Part shown: piece by piece, positions 19,341-27,732 of the stretch | Numbering within the stretch: position 1 is the stretch's first letter | Layout: each line of letters starts with the position of its first letter | NCBI GenBank assembly: GCA_002391675.1 | Contig: DGFM01000038.1 | Span: forward strand, 1-63,863 | Origin: Cloacimonetes bacterium UBA3900 | GTDB taxonomy: Bacteria > Cloacimonadota > Cloacimonadia > Cloacimonadales > Cloacimonadaceae | Reading direction: 5' to 3' | Length of the DNA stretch: 63,863 nucleotides | Program-made: the position numbers and the translations under genes | Notes under the pieces: generated by a model | The model's database searches: none | Told to the model about the DNA's origin: nothing | Seen by the model: the letters and a program-made list of their open reading frames with translations, nothing else

Positions 19341-20900
19341 GAGTCTCTAATGTTGGTGTAAATTCCAACTTGTTATTGATACGGTTCTCTGAGGACATTT
19401 TAAAATTCCTCGTTATTCACTTCTATGTTCGGTCGACTGACTGTCGCCATTATCTTAACACTGGTGATATTCGTCAAGAGTTTTCTCATTTCTGGCTACC
19501 TGCTACCTTGGGATTGAGCTCTGCGGAGGTGGCATAGCCGACGGAGCAGAGCTCAATCCCGTCGGATTTTACAGCCAATGTCATTGGGCTTTTCTGGTTT
19601 TCTCTAATTGCCTCCATGGGTGATACAATATACCTTTTGCCGCTTATCCAGTCTTCTGATTGATCCTGCAGAATCGCACCGAACATCCTCGCACAGCTAT
19701 TCTCGTCAGGGAATATCCTGACGCATCTTTCCCGGCGTCTCAGCTCTCTATTCACTCGTTCAATTGGGTTCGTGCTCTTGATTTTACTCCAATGCGATGG
19801 AGGGAAATTAAGATAAGCTGTTATCTCGTGGTAAGTGCTATCGAGCCTGCCTAATAGCTTGTCTTTGTTCCTGGCTTCGGCTGCCTTGATGAGCTCGCTC
19901 CAAGCTGCCGCAAAAGATTCCCTTGTACTGGACTTAACCAAATCTTTTATACGCGGCAACAGCCACTGTAGATCAGACTTAGACACCTTGCTCATCGCGT
20001 TGCGCATCCAATGGACAATACAACGCTGTCTGAGTTGACCGGGGAAACATTCCTCTATCGCCTTTATCAATCCATCATGCTCGTCACTGATCCAGAGCTC
20101 CGATCTCTCAAGACCACGTGCTTTTAAGCTCTGAAAGAAGTCCTTCCAATTGTGATAACTCTCACGGTTACCAAGATGAAAACCCAGCACATCACGATAA
20201 CCATCTTCGCTTACACCAATTGCCACTAAAACAGCAGTAGAACGAACAGCATCATCTATCCTGATCTTGGTATAGATCGCGTCAACCCAAATATAGGCAT
20301 AACAGCTATCTAACTGCCTGTTCCGCCACTTCTCTATCTCATCATCAATCTTGGCGGCACAACGGCTTACCAAGCTGCGATCTATATTGCCAAGCCCTAA
20401 ATCCTCAAACACTTGGCTCATCTTGCGAGTAGGCACACCAGCATAATAGGCTTCGCAGATAATGCTGATCAAGGCCTTGTCTACGCGTGAATACCGCTCT
20501 AATATCGAGGGATAGAAACTGCCACGCCGAAGCTTGGGGACACTAACGTTGATCGCCCCTAATGCGGTTTTAAGAGGCTTCTTGCGCCTGCGATAGCCGT
20601 TGCGGCTGTTAGTCCGCTCATCTGATCGCTCATAACGATCGGCGCCCAATCTGTAACTTAATTCCGCTTCAATAAGTTCACGGATGCCGAATGCAAGCAC
20701 CTGCGCAAAATCGTTCGGCATAATTTCACTAAAGTACTTGACTAAATCTGCCACTTCAGTTTTCTTTGTCCTTGGTTGAGTCATTTGATTCTCCTTTAAT
20801 GATTCGTTTTGGTGAGAACCATAAAATAAAAAGTGGGAATCGGCTCAACCTTTTTGTTCAAAACGGTTACCTATTTTACACCAACCTTTGAGACACTACC
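19341..20900 (-). mobile_element. IS256-family insertion sequence, apparently intact
   Basis: Imperfect terminal inverted repeats: GAGTCTCTAATGTTGGTGTAAA (19341-19362) versus the reverse complement of 20875-20896, GTGTCTCAAAGGTTGGTGTAAA. The direct repeat CAGCTTGATGTT flanks the element at 19329-19340 and 20901-20912. It carries a Mutator-family transposase gene. Confidence 0.8.
19486..20784 (-). CDS. IS256/Mutator-family transposase
   Basis: 432 aa. Contains ELIEAELSYRLGADRYERSDERTNSRNGYRRR, YIWVDAIYTKIR, VAIGVSEDGYRDVLGF, ISDEHDGLIKAIEECFP and RCIVHWMRN. Confidence 0.9.
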   Translation of the reverse strand: MTQPRTKKTEVADLVKYFSEIMPNDFAQVLAFGIRELIEAELSYRLGADRYERSDERTNSRNGYRRRKKPLKTALGAINVSVPKLRRGSFYPSILERYSRVDKALISIICEAYYAGVPTRKMSQVFEDLGLGNIDRSLVSRCAAKIDDEIEKWRNRQLDSCYAYIWVDAIYTKIRIDDAVRSTAVLVAIGVSEDGYRDVLGFHLGNRESYHNWKDFFQSLKARGLERSELWISDEHDGLIKAIEECFPGQLRQRCIVHWMRNAMSKVSKSDLQWLLPRIKDLVKSSTRESFAAAWSELIKAAEARNKDKLLGRLDSTYHEITAYLNFPPSHWSKIKSTNPIERVNRELRRRERCVRIFPDENSCARMFGAILQDQSEDWISGKRYIVSPMEAIRENQKSPMTLAVKSDGIELCSVGYATSAELNPKVAGSQK

Positions 20901-20990
20901 CAGCTTGATGTTTAAACCCGTGAAACCGCTATCTACTCAGCTGTTGCGAGTATCTGAAACCTGCGCCTCCAAAAAACCGAACTTCAACCC

Positions 20991-21272
20991 CCGGAAATTC
21001 CCCGGTTTATCCCCCTCGAAAAAGTGCTCATTTTGGGGCTTAATTTATTTGCCCAAAACAGATGCTTGCGAAACATTTGACTTTTCACCGGGCTTGCCCT
21101 CCCTGCGGAACTCCCTAGCCCTCACTTGCGTAACTCTTGGGTTTTCTTTGGGTTACTTGTGGATCCCACAGGAGACCCATAGGAGCCCCTAAGGGAGGCC
21201 GCATGAAATCGACGTTTTACAAGGCGGATTTGTTTTCGCAAAACCAGCTCCCAAGTTAAATATTTCAGAAAG
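20991..21272 (+). repeat. Copy B of the conserved noncoding element (see 1-236)
   Basis: 21128-21272 matches the reverse complement of 1-145. The upstream part, 20991-21127, is more diverged and about 44 nt longer than in copy A. Confidence 0.8.
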
Positions 21273-21497
21273 CCCGCCCGTTTCAAGTGCCGGGGATTAA
21301 AAACGAACTCCTACTAAAATAGTAGGTGATCTGTGACTATCTTTTAGCCATTGTTATAATCCACTTTTTAGCCGCTATTGTTCTCTGGCCAGAGCGTGGT
21401 TTCCAGGTTACATTCTGCTAAGCCGCCAGCTTGCTGTCTCGCCCGTGGTCTCGCTTGTCCAAAGTCTTGGCCTCGCTTCCTGAAGCCCACGCAGCCG

Positions 21498-21541
21498 CTC
21501 TCCCTCCCTCCCTCCCTCCCTCTCTCGCTCTCTCCCTCTCC
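21498..21541 (+). repeat. Polypyrimidine (CCCT/CT)n tract
   Basis: ctctccctccctccctccctccctctctcgctctctccctctcc: 44 nt with a single purine. Complementary polypurine versions occur at 49826-49839 and 58215-58236. Confidence 0.9.
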
Positions 21542-21547
21542 GACAGG

Positions 21548-22095
21548 TTCGTGTAATTTCTATAGCTACCAATGGCCTCGATCCATTCCGCAGAGCTCTT
21601 CCGTCCCTGCAACGGCAGCCCATTGTAAACCCATAATTATATCATTCGTGTAATTCGTGTAATTCGTGGAAAAACAAAGAACTCCAAAACAGTGCGTATC
21701 ATAAAGTGTAACAGAGGTATAGCATACAATGACCTCCCCTTAATCCCCTCATCCATTCGTGTTCATTCGTGTGCATTCGTGGAAAAGTAAAAAATATCCG
21801 TGTAAATCCGTGTTCATCCGTGGGAAAGAAAAATCATTCGTGTAATTTCTAAAGCTACCAATGGCCTCGATCCATCCCGCAGAGCTCTTCCGTCTCTGCA
21901 ATGACAGCCCATTGTAAACTCCCATATTATATCATTCGTGTAATTCGTGTAATTCGTGGAAAAAGAAAGTGCCACAAAGAGGTGCGTATGATAAAGTGTA
22001 AGAGGCACATAGCATACAATGACCTCCCCTTAATCCCCTCATCCATTCGTGTTCATTCGTGTACATTAGTGGAAAAGAAAAAAGAACATCCGTGG
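21548..22095 (+). repeat. About 1.9 tandem copies of a 289-bp unit (R1) containing phased TTCGTG/TCCGTG arrays and a conserved hairpin
   Basis: The unit starts (TTCGTGTAATTTCTAWAGCTACCAATGGCC) fall at 21548 and 21837. Arrays: ATTCGTGTAATTCGTGTAATTCGTGG (9-bp phase), CATTCGTGTTCATTCGTGTGCATTCGTGG (10-bp phase) and ATCCGTGTAAATCCGTGTTCATCCGTGGG. Hairpin GCAGAG-N9-CTCTGC. Confidence 0.9.
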
Positions 22096-22579
22096 TTTCC
22101 AAATGCCATCTCGCCTCAGGCAAGTAAAACAAGCAACTTTTACTTGACAATAACACCCTCTTCACAATTCTTGCTTACACTATGGAAAACGTTAATTTGA
22201 GATTATATACATATGACAAGCTCTTGCTTTACATCGGAAGCAAAATGGCCATGACGCAAGACTAATAGCCCGTTTCTGAGCGTAATTCAGCTTAGGGATG
22301 GGCCTTTTTTAGTTCCCCTTTCAGAGCAAGACGTGCAATATAGCAGCTCATTTTAATGTTCAGTGTAGAGTATGTTTTTAGTCGTAGTCCCCAAGCGACG
22401 GGGCGAAGCTGTATCTACGAGTAGAACTGTCAGCGCTGCCATTTATGCAGGCTTTGGGGATAATATAAAAAATAACGATAGGTTTACACAACTTATCTAA
22501 CATAGTGATAACGAGTGCTGGGGTTTGGTATGATTTCTAACCTCAGTGCTCCTCATCCAGAACAATCTATGGAGATTAC

Positions 22580-24079
22580 ATGAATATCAGGAAAGAAAAA
22601 CCAATGCCAGAGAGTAGGTGCACCCTGCGGCTTATCATAGCCTTGGGCTTGATCTCGCTTTCTCTGCTGTCGTTTGGCTGCAAGTCGTTAACCAAGCCAA
22701 GAGTCGGCAGTATTAGGGGCAAGGTGGTGCTTGAAAATGATAGCGGTGACCCTGCCTTTGATAATGCAGACCTGTCCGGGATAAAAGTCACTCTGTACAA
22801 ACCTGTTGCACTTGACAGCACCATAGTTAGGATTCGAAGCATTTATCCAGTCTTGGGAACTGATATGCATCAATCTATGGTATTTGATCCTCGTAAAGAA
22901 TCGCCTGTTAAGTCTACCACTACAAATGCAGAGGGTAGATACGAATTCAAAGATGTTTCTGCGGGGCAATACCATTTGGTTTTTGAGAAAGATGGATGGG
23001 GGCCAGTTGTGGAACATCATGTTGCCACAGGTAAATCCATTGATCAAGATGGAGAGGGTGGATTTGGGTCCAAAGAGCTGGTGACCACCACCATGTATCC
23101 AATAGTTCACATTCCTGCCACCGTAACTGACGAATTTACCTTTAAAAACAGACACACATATATGGTCGGCGCCAATGCAAGCTTTCTGGCTCCTGTTCAC
23201 TTTGAGGGGCACAGTAGGGTTCGTCTTGCTCCAAATGTTGGCATCAGCTTCTTTAATGATATTATCTATGACGATGCAAGTAACCATTATGTGACCTTCA
23301 CCTCGTTAGATCATGGTCCAGATGATGATTTGCCTCCTCTTTGGGGTGCCGTGAGGTCTTACAAGGACAATCAAATAGTGAAGAACTGGAGCGTTGAACA
23401 TTCTTCAGGTGGCATTATTATGAACGGCAACCACGCTGTTGTCACATCTTGTGTTATAAGGGATTCAGATACCGGTATCAATATCCAAGCAGAGTGTTCG
23501 AAGATTGAAAATATCATCTTTGACGGAATAATATCCAGAGCTGTATTCTATGACCAAGTGCAAGGTTCCGATATTATAAAACAACAGGTTACCAACTGCA
23601 TATTCAAATCCTGCCGGGAAGGGCTGCGCACGCGAGGTCAAGCTGTCAGGATCTCTAATAACTACTTTATAGACTGCGATAATGGTCTTTTTTCCTATGA
23701 TGGCTATCACATCATCAGAAACAATACCTTTGATAGAAATGTATATGCGATATGTATTACCAGTTCCACAATCTGTATAGAGTATAACGATTTCTATGAT
23801 AATCGATACAGTGTACGTTTTGTCCATGAATACCATGAGTATCTTTCTAACCCCCGGTTTGCCAACAACAATTTCTATCAAACCACAAGCTATGCTTTCT
23901 GGATTAGAGCTGATAACCCGCAAGGGGATATTGATGCAAAAAATAACTATTGGGCATCTTCTGACATAAATACAATAATCCATGATGCAAATGACGATCC
24001 CGAGTTGGATTGTGAGATTATCTACCTCCCCAAAAAATCGCAACCAATAGCAGGTGCGGGGGTTGTAGCTAATCCATAA
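22580..24079 (+). CDS. Lipoprotein with a carboxypeptidase-regulatory-like domain and right-handed parallel beta-helix repeats
   Basis: Lipobox LLSFGC. GSIRGKVVLEND...IKVTLYKP and NAEGRYEFKDVSAGQYHLVFEKDGW indicate the CarboxypepD_reg-like domain. The C-terminal half has repeated N/D-I/V-x-I beta-helix turns, e.g. IRDSDTGINIQ, ISNNYFIDCDNGL, IIRNNTFDRNVYAI. Confidence 0.65.
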   Translation: MNIRKEKPMPESRCTLRLIIALGLISLSLLSFGCKSLTKPRVGSIRGKVVLENDSGDPAFDNADLSGIKVTLYKPVALDSTIVRIRSIYPVLGTDMHQSMVFDPRKESPVKSTTTNAEGRYEFKDVSAGQYHLVFEKDGWGPVVEHHVATGKSIDQDGEGGFGSKELVTTTMYPIVHIPATVTDEFTFKNRHTYMVGANASFLAPVHFEGHSRVRLAPNVGISFFNDIIYDDASNHYVTFTSLDHGPDDDLPPLWGAVRSYKDNQIVKNWSVEHSSGGIIMNGNHAVVTSCVIRDSDTGINIQAECSKIENIIFDGIISRAVFYDQVQGSDIIKQQVTNCIFKSCREGLRTRGQAVRISNNYFIDCDNGLFSYDGYHIIRNNTFDRNVYAICITSSTICIEYNDFYDNRYSVRFVHEYHEYLSNPRFANNNFYQTTSYAFWIRADNPQGDIDAKNNYWASSDINTIIHDANDDPELDCEIIYLPKKSQPIAGAGVVANP

Positions 24080-24439
24080 CCTTACCTTTCCCAATATGGT
24101 AGGCAAAAGTGCCCAATTTGCCCTGTTGAAATATGCAGTCAAATACTGGATATGTGCAGGGAAGGCGGTATTGGAAATTCAGATTCGACTTCTCAAAGTA
24201 GTGTTTCAACCATATCTTTTTATCTGCTAAATATAAGTCTGCCTGCGTTGAAAGCTTTTTGCGGTAATCTCGAATATGGTGTTAAGGTTATCGATGGAGC
24301 GCAATTGAGTTTTGTAGGATGAACTACTTCTTGGGCGCATGGGTATGTCAGGCTACAATCTTTGTCGCTCATGTCAGTAGATGGTGGATTGCTTCCACGA
24401 TAAACACATTAAACTTGTCATAGGACGTTAGAAATAAGT

Positions 24440-26311
24440 ATGAAAGAAACCAAAAAAGTTAATGAAAGTATGGCGGAGCAGAGATATTGGAGAAAGATAT
24501 ACCGGCTTCTGAATAGAAAAGAGCGGGTTCAGTTTTTAGGGATACTGTTCCTTCAAATATTAGCATCAATTTCTGAAGTGATCGGTCTTGGGGCAATTCC
24601 TGCATTTATACTTGCATTGTCCAATCCTGCCAAGATATTGGAGCACAAAACTGCTGGCCCCATCCTGAGTCAATTGGGTGTCACTGATTCTAAGAATTTG
24701 TTGATTTGGGGCGGACTTGCCATGATCATCGTGTTTGTTCTCAAAAACATCTTCTTCATTATCGTTGAATATATAAAGGTGAACTATCTGCGCAATCTCC
24801 AGATTCGTATTAGCAGAGAGCTATTTTATAGGTATATGTATGCAGAGTACACCTATCTTCTAAGCCACAACACCGCAGAGCTGCTGCGAAGTTGCATGAG
24901 TGATGTATCAAGGGTTGTTTTGAATGTTGTTCAAAGTTTTCTCACCCTGTTTATGAACATTGTTTTAGCTATTAATCTTATAGTGGTTCTTTTTGTGATG
25001 GAGCCCATATCATCCCTATTAACTGTTGTCGTTATCGGTTCCGTATCTTTCATCTTTTTAAGGGTTACTCGCAACAAACTTGTCAGCTTGGGCCAAAGAG
25101 CCCAGGAAGCTTTCTTAGACATTATACAGGCAGTTGAAGATGGTTTGAGTGGAATTAAAGAAACAAGGGTGATGCAAGCAGAGAGTATGTTTATTAATGC
25201 ATACAATCGTGCCTTCAGGGTTTTTTCAAGATCGGAAAAAATCAGGGGTCTTATCTCAAGTGCCATCCGTCCTATCTTTGAGATTCTATTGGTTGCGGCA
25301 CTGCTGTCAATTACAGCGGTTATGTTCATGCAAAATAAGCCAATTGGGTCAATAATCCCGATGTTGGCTACCTTTAGTGTGGCAATGGTGCGTCTGATGC
25401 CGTCCATAAGGGAAATAACCAGCGTCCTTTCCACTATGAGGTATGCCTTGGTGTCAATAGACCCTATCTTAAGCAGCATGGATATACCTCTTGTTTCTGA
25501 TCCTACGGCTCAAGAAGCAGAAGACGATGATGGTGACAATGCTCTTAAGTTTAATCAAACAATATCAGTGGAAAACCTAACCTACTTCTATCCAAATACC
25601 GATAGGCCAGCCGTTGACAATGTTAGCTTCGAAATCAAAAAAGGGGAAACGGTAGCCTTTGTCGGAGGATCCGGAGCGGGCAAAACCACTCTGTTAGATT
25701 TGATTACCGGTCTTTTGACCCCCACCTCCGGGAGGATATTGGCAGATGGCAACGATATAACAAGCAGGATGAGGCTGTGGCAAAAGAATCTAGGCTATAT
25801 ACCTCAATTCATTTTTTTGGCTGATATTTCCATCAAAGAAAACATTTTATGGGGTAGAAAGGAAACAGCAGAGAATATGGAAAACTACAAGGAAGCAATA
25901 GTAAGTTCCCAATTAGAAGAACTTGTTAACCAGCTTCAACAAGGGGATGATACCATAATTGGCGAGCGAGGGACGAGGCTTAGTGGTGGACAAAGGCAGA
26001 GAATTGGAATTGCGAGAGCTATATTCCGCGATCCTGAAGTTTTGATTATGGATGAAGCGACTGCTTCCTTGGATAGTATTACGGAAAAAGAAATTGCAGA
26101 TGCCTTGGTTAGAATGAAGGGGCAAAGAACTATTTTGATTGTTGCTCACCGTCTAAGCACAGTGCGTAATAGTGATCGGATATACCTGATGGACTCCGGC
26201 AGAATAATTGATTCTGGCAGCTATGATGAACTGTATGAAAGAAATGAAATTTTCCGAAAGCTACACGGCACCTTTGTAAATTCTGAAGAAAGTAAAGAAG
26301 AGACAATATGA
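24440..26311 (+). CDS. Fused TMD-NBD ABC exporter (MsbA/PglK-like)
   Basis: Six predicted TM helices followed by Walker A GGSGAGKTT, signature LSGGQRQRIGIARA and Walker B VLIMDEATASLD. Confidence 0.9.
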   Translation: MKETKKVNESMAEQRYWRKIYRLLNRKERVQFLGILFLQILASISEVIGLGAIPAFILALSNPAKILEHKTAGPILSQLGVTDSKNLLIWGGLAMIIVFVLKNIFFIIVEYIKVNYLRNLQIRISRELFYRYMYAEYTYLLSHNTAELLRSCMSDVSRVVLNVVQSFLTLFMNIVLAINLIVVLFVMEPISSLLTVVVIGSVSFIFLRVTRNKLVSLGQRAQEAFLDIIQAVEDGLSGIKETRVMQAESMFINAYNRAFRVFSRSEKIRGLISSAIRPIFEILLVAALLSITAVMFMQNKPIGSIIPMLATFSVAMVRLMPSIREITSVLSTMRYALVSIDPILSSMDIPLVSDPTAQEAEDDDGDNALKFNQTISVENLTYFYPNTDRPAVDNVSFEIKKGETVAFVGGSGAGKTTLLDLITGLLTPTSGRILADGNDITSRMRLWQKNLGYIPQFIFLADISIKENILWGRKETAENMENYKEAIVSSQLEELVNQLQQGDDTIIGERGTRLSGGQRQRIGIARAIFRDPEVLIMDEATASLDSITEKEIADALVRMKGQRTILIVAHRLSTVRNSDRIYLMDSGRIIDSGSYDELYERNEIFRKLHGTFVNSEESKEETI

Positions 26312-27285
26312 AAGCATTAGTTACCGGCGCCGACGGTTTTATCGGCTCTCATCTAACAGAACACCTGCTGCAAGCAGGCTACCATGTAAGAGCATTAGCT
26401 CAGTACAATAGTTTCAATAACTGGGGTTGGTTGGAAGACGTAGAACCGCGACCCGAACTGGAGATTGTCACAGGCGACGTCCGGGATCCCAATTACTGTC
26501 GTGTGATTTGTGAAGATGTAGATGTAGTCTTCCATCTGGCTGCCCTGATCGCTATTCCTTACTCCTATATTGCTCCTGATAGCTACATCGATACCAACGT
26601 AAAGGGAACGTTGAATATCTGCCAGGCGGCCAGGGATGCAAAAGTGCAAAGGATTTTGGTTACCTCCACCAGTGAGGTATATGGCACGGCGCAATATGTT
26701 CCCATCGATGAAAAGCATCCTATGCAACCGCAGTCTCCCTACAGTGCCAGCAAGATTGGGGCCGATGTCATCGCCATGAGTTTCTACAATGCGCTGAAAC
26801 TCCCGCTCACCATAGTGCGTCCTTTCAATACTTACGGTCCACGTCAGTCAGCGCGGGCTGTGATTCCCACCATCATCACCCAGATCGCCGCCGGGATGAA
26901 GCAGATTAAGCTGGGTGACACCACGCCTACCCGTGATTTTAACTACGTAGAGGATACCTGCAGAGGATTTCTTGAGCTGGCCAAGTGTGACCAAGCCATT
27001 GGTGAAACGGTAAACGTTGGCTCCAACTATGAGACATCTGTTCAAGATACTTTGGAATTGATCAAAGACATCATGCAAAGCGATGTGGAGTTTATCAGAG
27101 ACGAGCAGAGGATCCGTCCTGAAAAGTCAGAGGTGTTCAGGCTTTGGTGCGATAACAGCAAGATACGTGCTTTGACAGGCTTCGAGCCGCGCTACAGCAT
27201 CCGAGAGGGTCTGGAAAAGACAGTGGAGTGGTTTACCCAGCCGGAGAACTTGAGGAAATACAAAGCTGGCATTTATAATGTTTGA
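26308..27285 (+). CDS. NAD-dependent sugar epimerase/dehydratase (extended SDR)
   Basis: Contains VTGADGFIGSHL and the catalytic YSASK. ATGA overlap with the ABC gene. Confidence 0.85.
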   Translation: MKALVTGADGFIGSHLTEHLLQAGYHVRALAQYNSFNNWGWLEDVEPRPELEIVTGDVRDPNYCRVICEDVDVVFHLAALIAIPYSYIAPDSYIDTNVKGTLNICQAARDAKVQRILVTSTSEVYGTAQYVPIDEKHPMQPQSPYSASKIGADVIAMSFYNALKLPLTIVRPFNTYGPRQSARAVIPTIITQIAAGMKQIKLGDTTPTRDFNYVEDTCRGFLELAKCDQAIGETVNVGSNYETSVQDTLELIKDIMQSDVEFIRDEQRIRPEKSEVFRLWCDNSKIRALTGFEPRYSIREGLEKTVEWFTQPENLRKYKAGIYNV

Positions 27286-27287
27286 TT

Positions 27288-27720
27288 CTTCCACGAATGC
27301 TCAAAAGCCCACGAATTACACGAATTATTGGTAAGATGTGTAGACTTGGCGGAAGTGGGTATTAAGAGATTTTAGCGTGCAGATGATAACTACAAATGAG
27401 AATTAACAAGAGTGATACATACTGTCATCTTACATACCCTACAATTGTTGTAATTCGTGTAATATCTATGGCTACCAATGGCCTTGATCCATCCCGCAGA
27501 GCTCTTCCGTCTCTGCAGCGACAGCCCGTTGTCCCCCCCCCTATTATATCGTTCGTGTAATTCGTGTAATTCGTGGGAAGAACATAAACCCCGGAGTTGT
27601 GCGGATTGTGAAGTGTAACAGATGCATAGCTTACAACGATCTCCCCATGATACCCTTATCCGTGTCCATCCGTGTTCATCCGTGGAAAAAGGAAAAAAGA
27701 ACATCCGTGTTATTTCGTGG
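27288..27720. repeat. Inverted partial R1 fragment (27288-27330, CACGAA orientation) plus a full forward R1 copy (27454-27720)
   Basis: TTCCACGAATGC...CCACGAATTACACGAATTA, then TTCGTGTAATATCTATGGCTACCAATGGCC...CGTTCGTGTAATTCGTGTAATTCGTGGG...ATCCGTGTCCATCCGTGTTCATCCGTGG...TTTCGTGG. The repeat ends 12 nt before ATG 27733. Confidence 0.85.
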
Positions 27721-27732
27721 GAAAAACAAAAT

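Noticed and set aside
19162-19350. Arg-rich 62-aa ORF (…RLPQRPVRRLPHRRQGSRSLPQRR…) next to the IS
   Set aside because: Its sequence is merely the translation of the three GC-rich hairpins, and it terminates inside the IS inverted repeat. There is no independent support for coding.
20833-21192. 119-aa ORF starting inside the IS256 right end and running through repeat copy B
   Set aside because: It crosses the IS terminal inverted repeat and the flanking direct repeat, has no motif or RBS, and its frame is not preserved in copy A.
1-21272. The inverted copies at 1-236 and 20991-21272 as the ends of a 21-kb composite transposon
   Set aside because: The enclosed genes are core housekeeping genes (rocD, era, coaX, sprA). 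Copy A is cut by the window edge, so its true end is unknown. No transposase is associated with the copies; the IS256 has its own unrelated inverted repeats.
21548-22095. Possible CRISPR array, because of the many short direct repeats
   Set aside because: The repeated hexamers are spaced by only 2-4 nt with no unique spacers. The higher-order unit is 289 bp and is itself repeated elsewhere. No cas genes are present in the window.
21378-22165. ORFs running through the repeat units, e.g. MGC[RH]CRDGRALR[ND]GSRPLVA.EITR and peptides ending HELHELHE; counterparts at 27390-27704 and 58189-58515
   Set aside because: Comparing the four repeat copies in the same frame, copy 3 has ACG instead of the ATG and copy 4 has an in-frame TAA. 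Substitutions show no synonymous bias. HELHELHE is simply the translation of the CACGAATTA repeats. These are non-coding repeats.
22096-22579. A 480-nt gap upstream of the first glycan-locus gene, examined for tRNA, riboswitch or small-gene content
   Set aside because: No cloverleaf-compatible sequence, known riboswitch core or ORF longer than ~17 codons with an RBS was recognised by eye. It is left unannotated rather than guessed, and a covariance-model scan would be needed.
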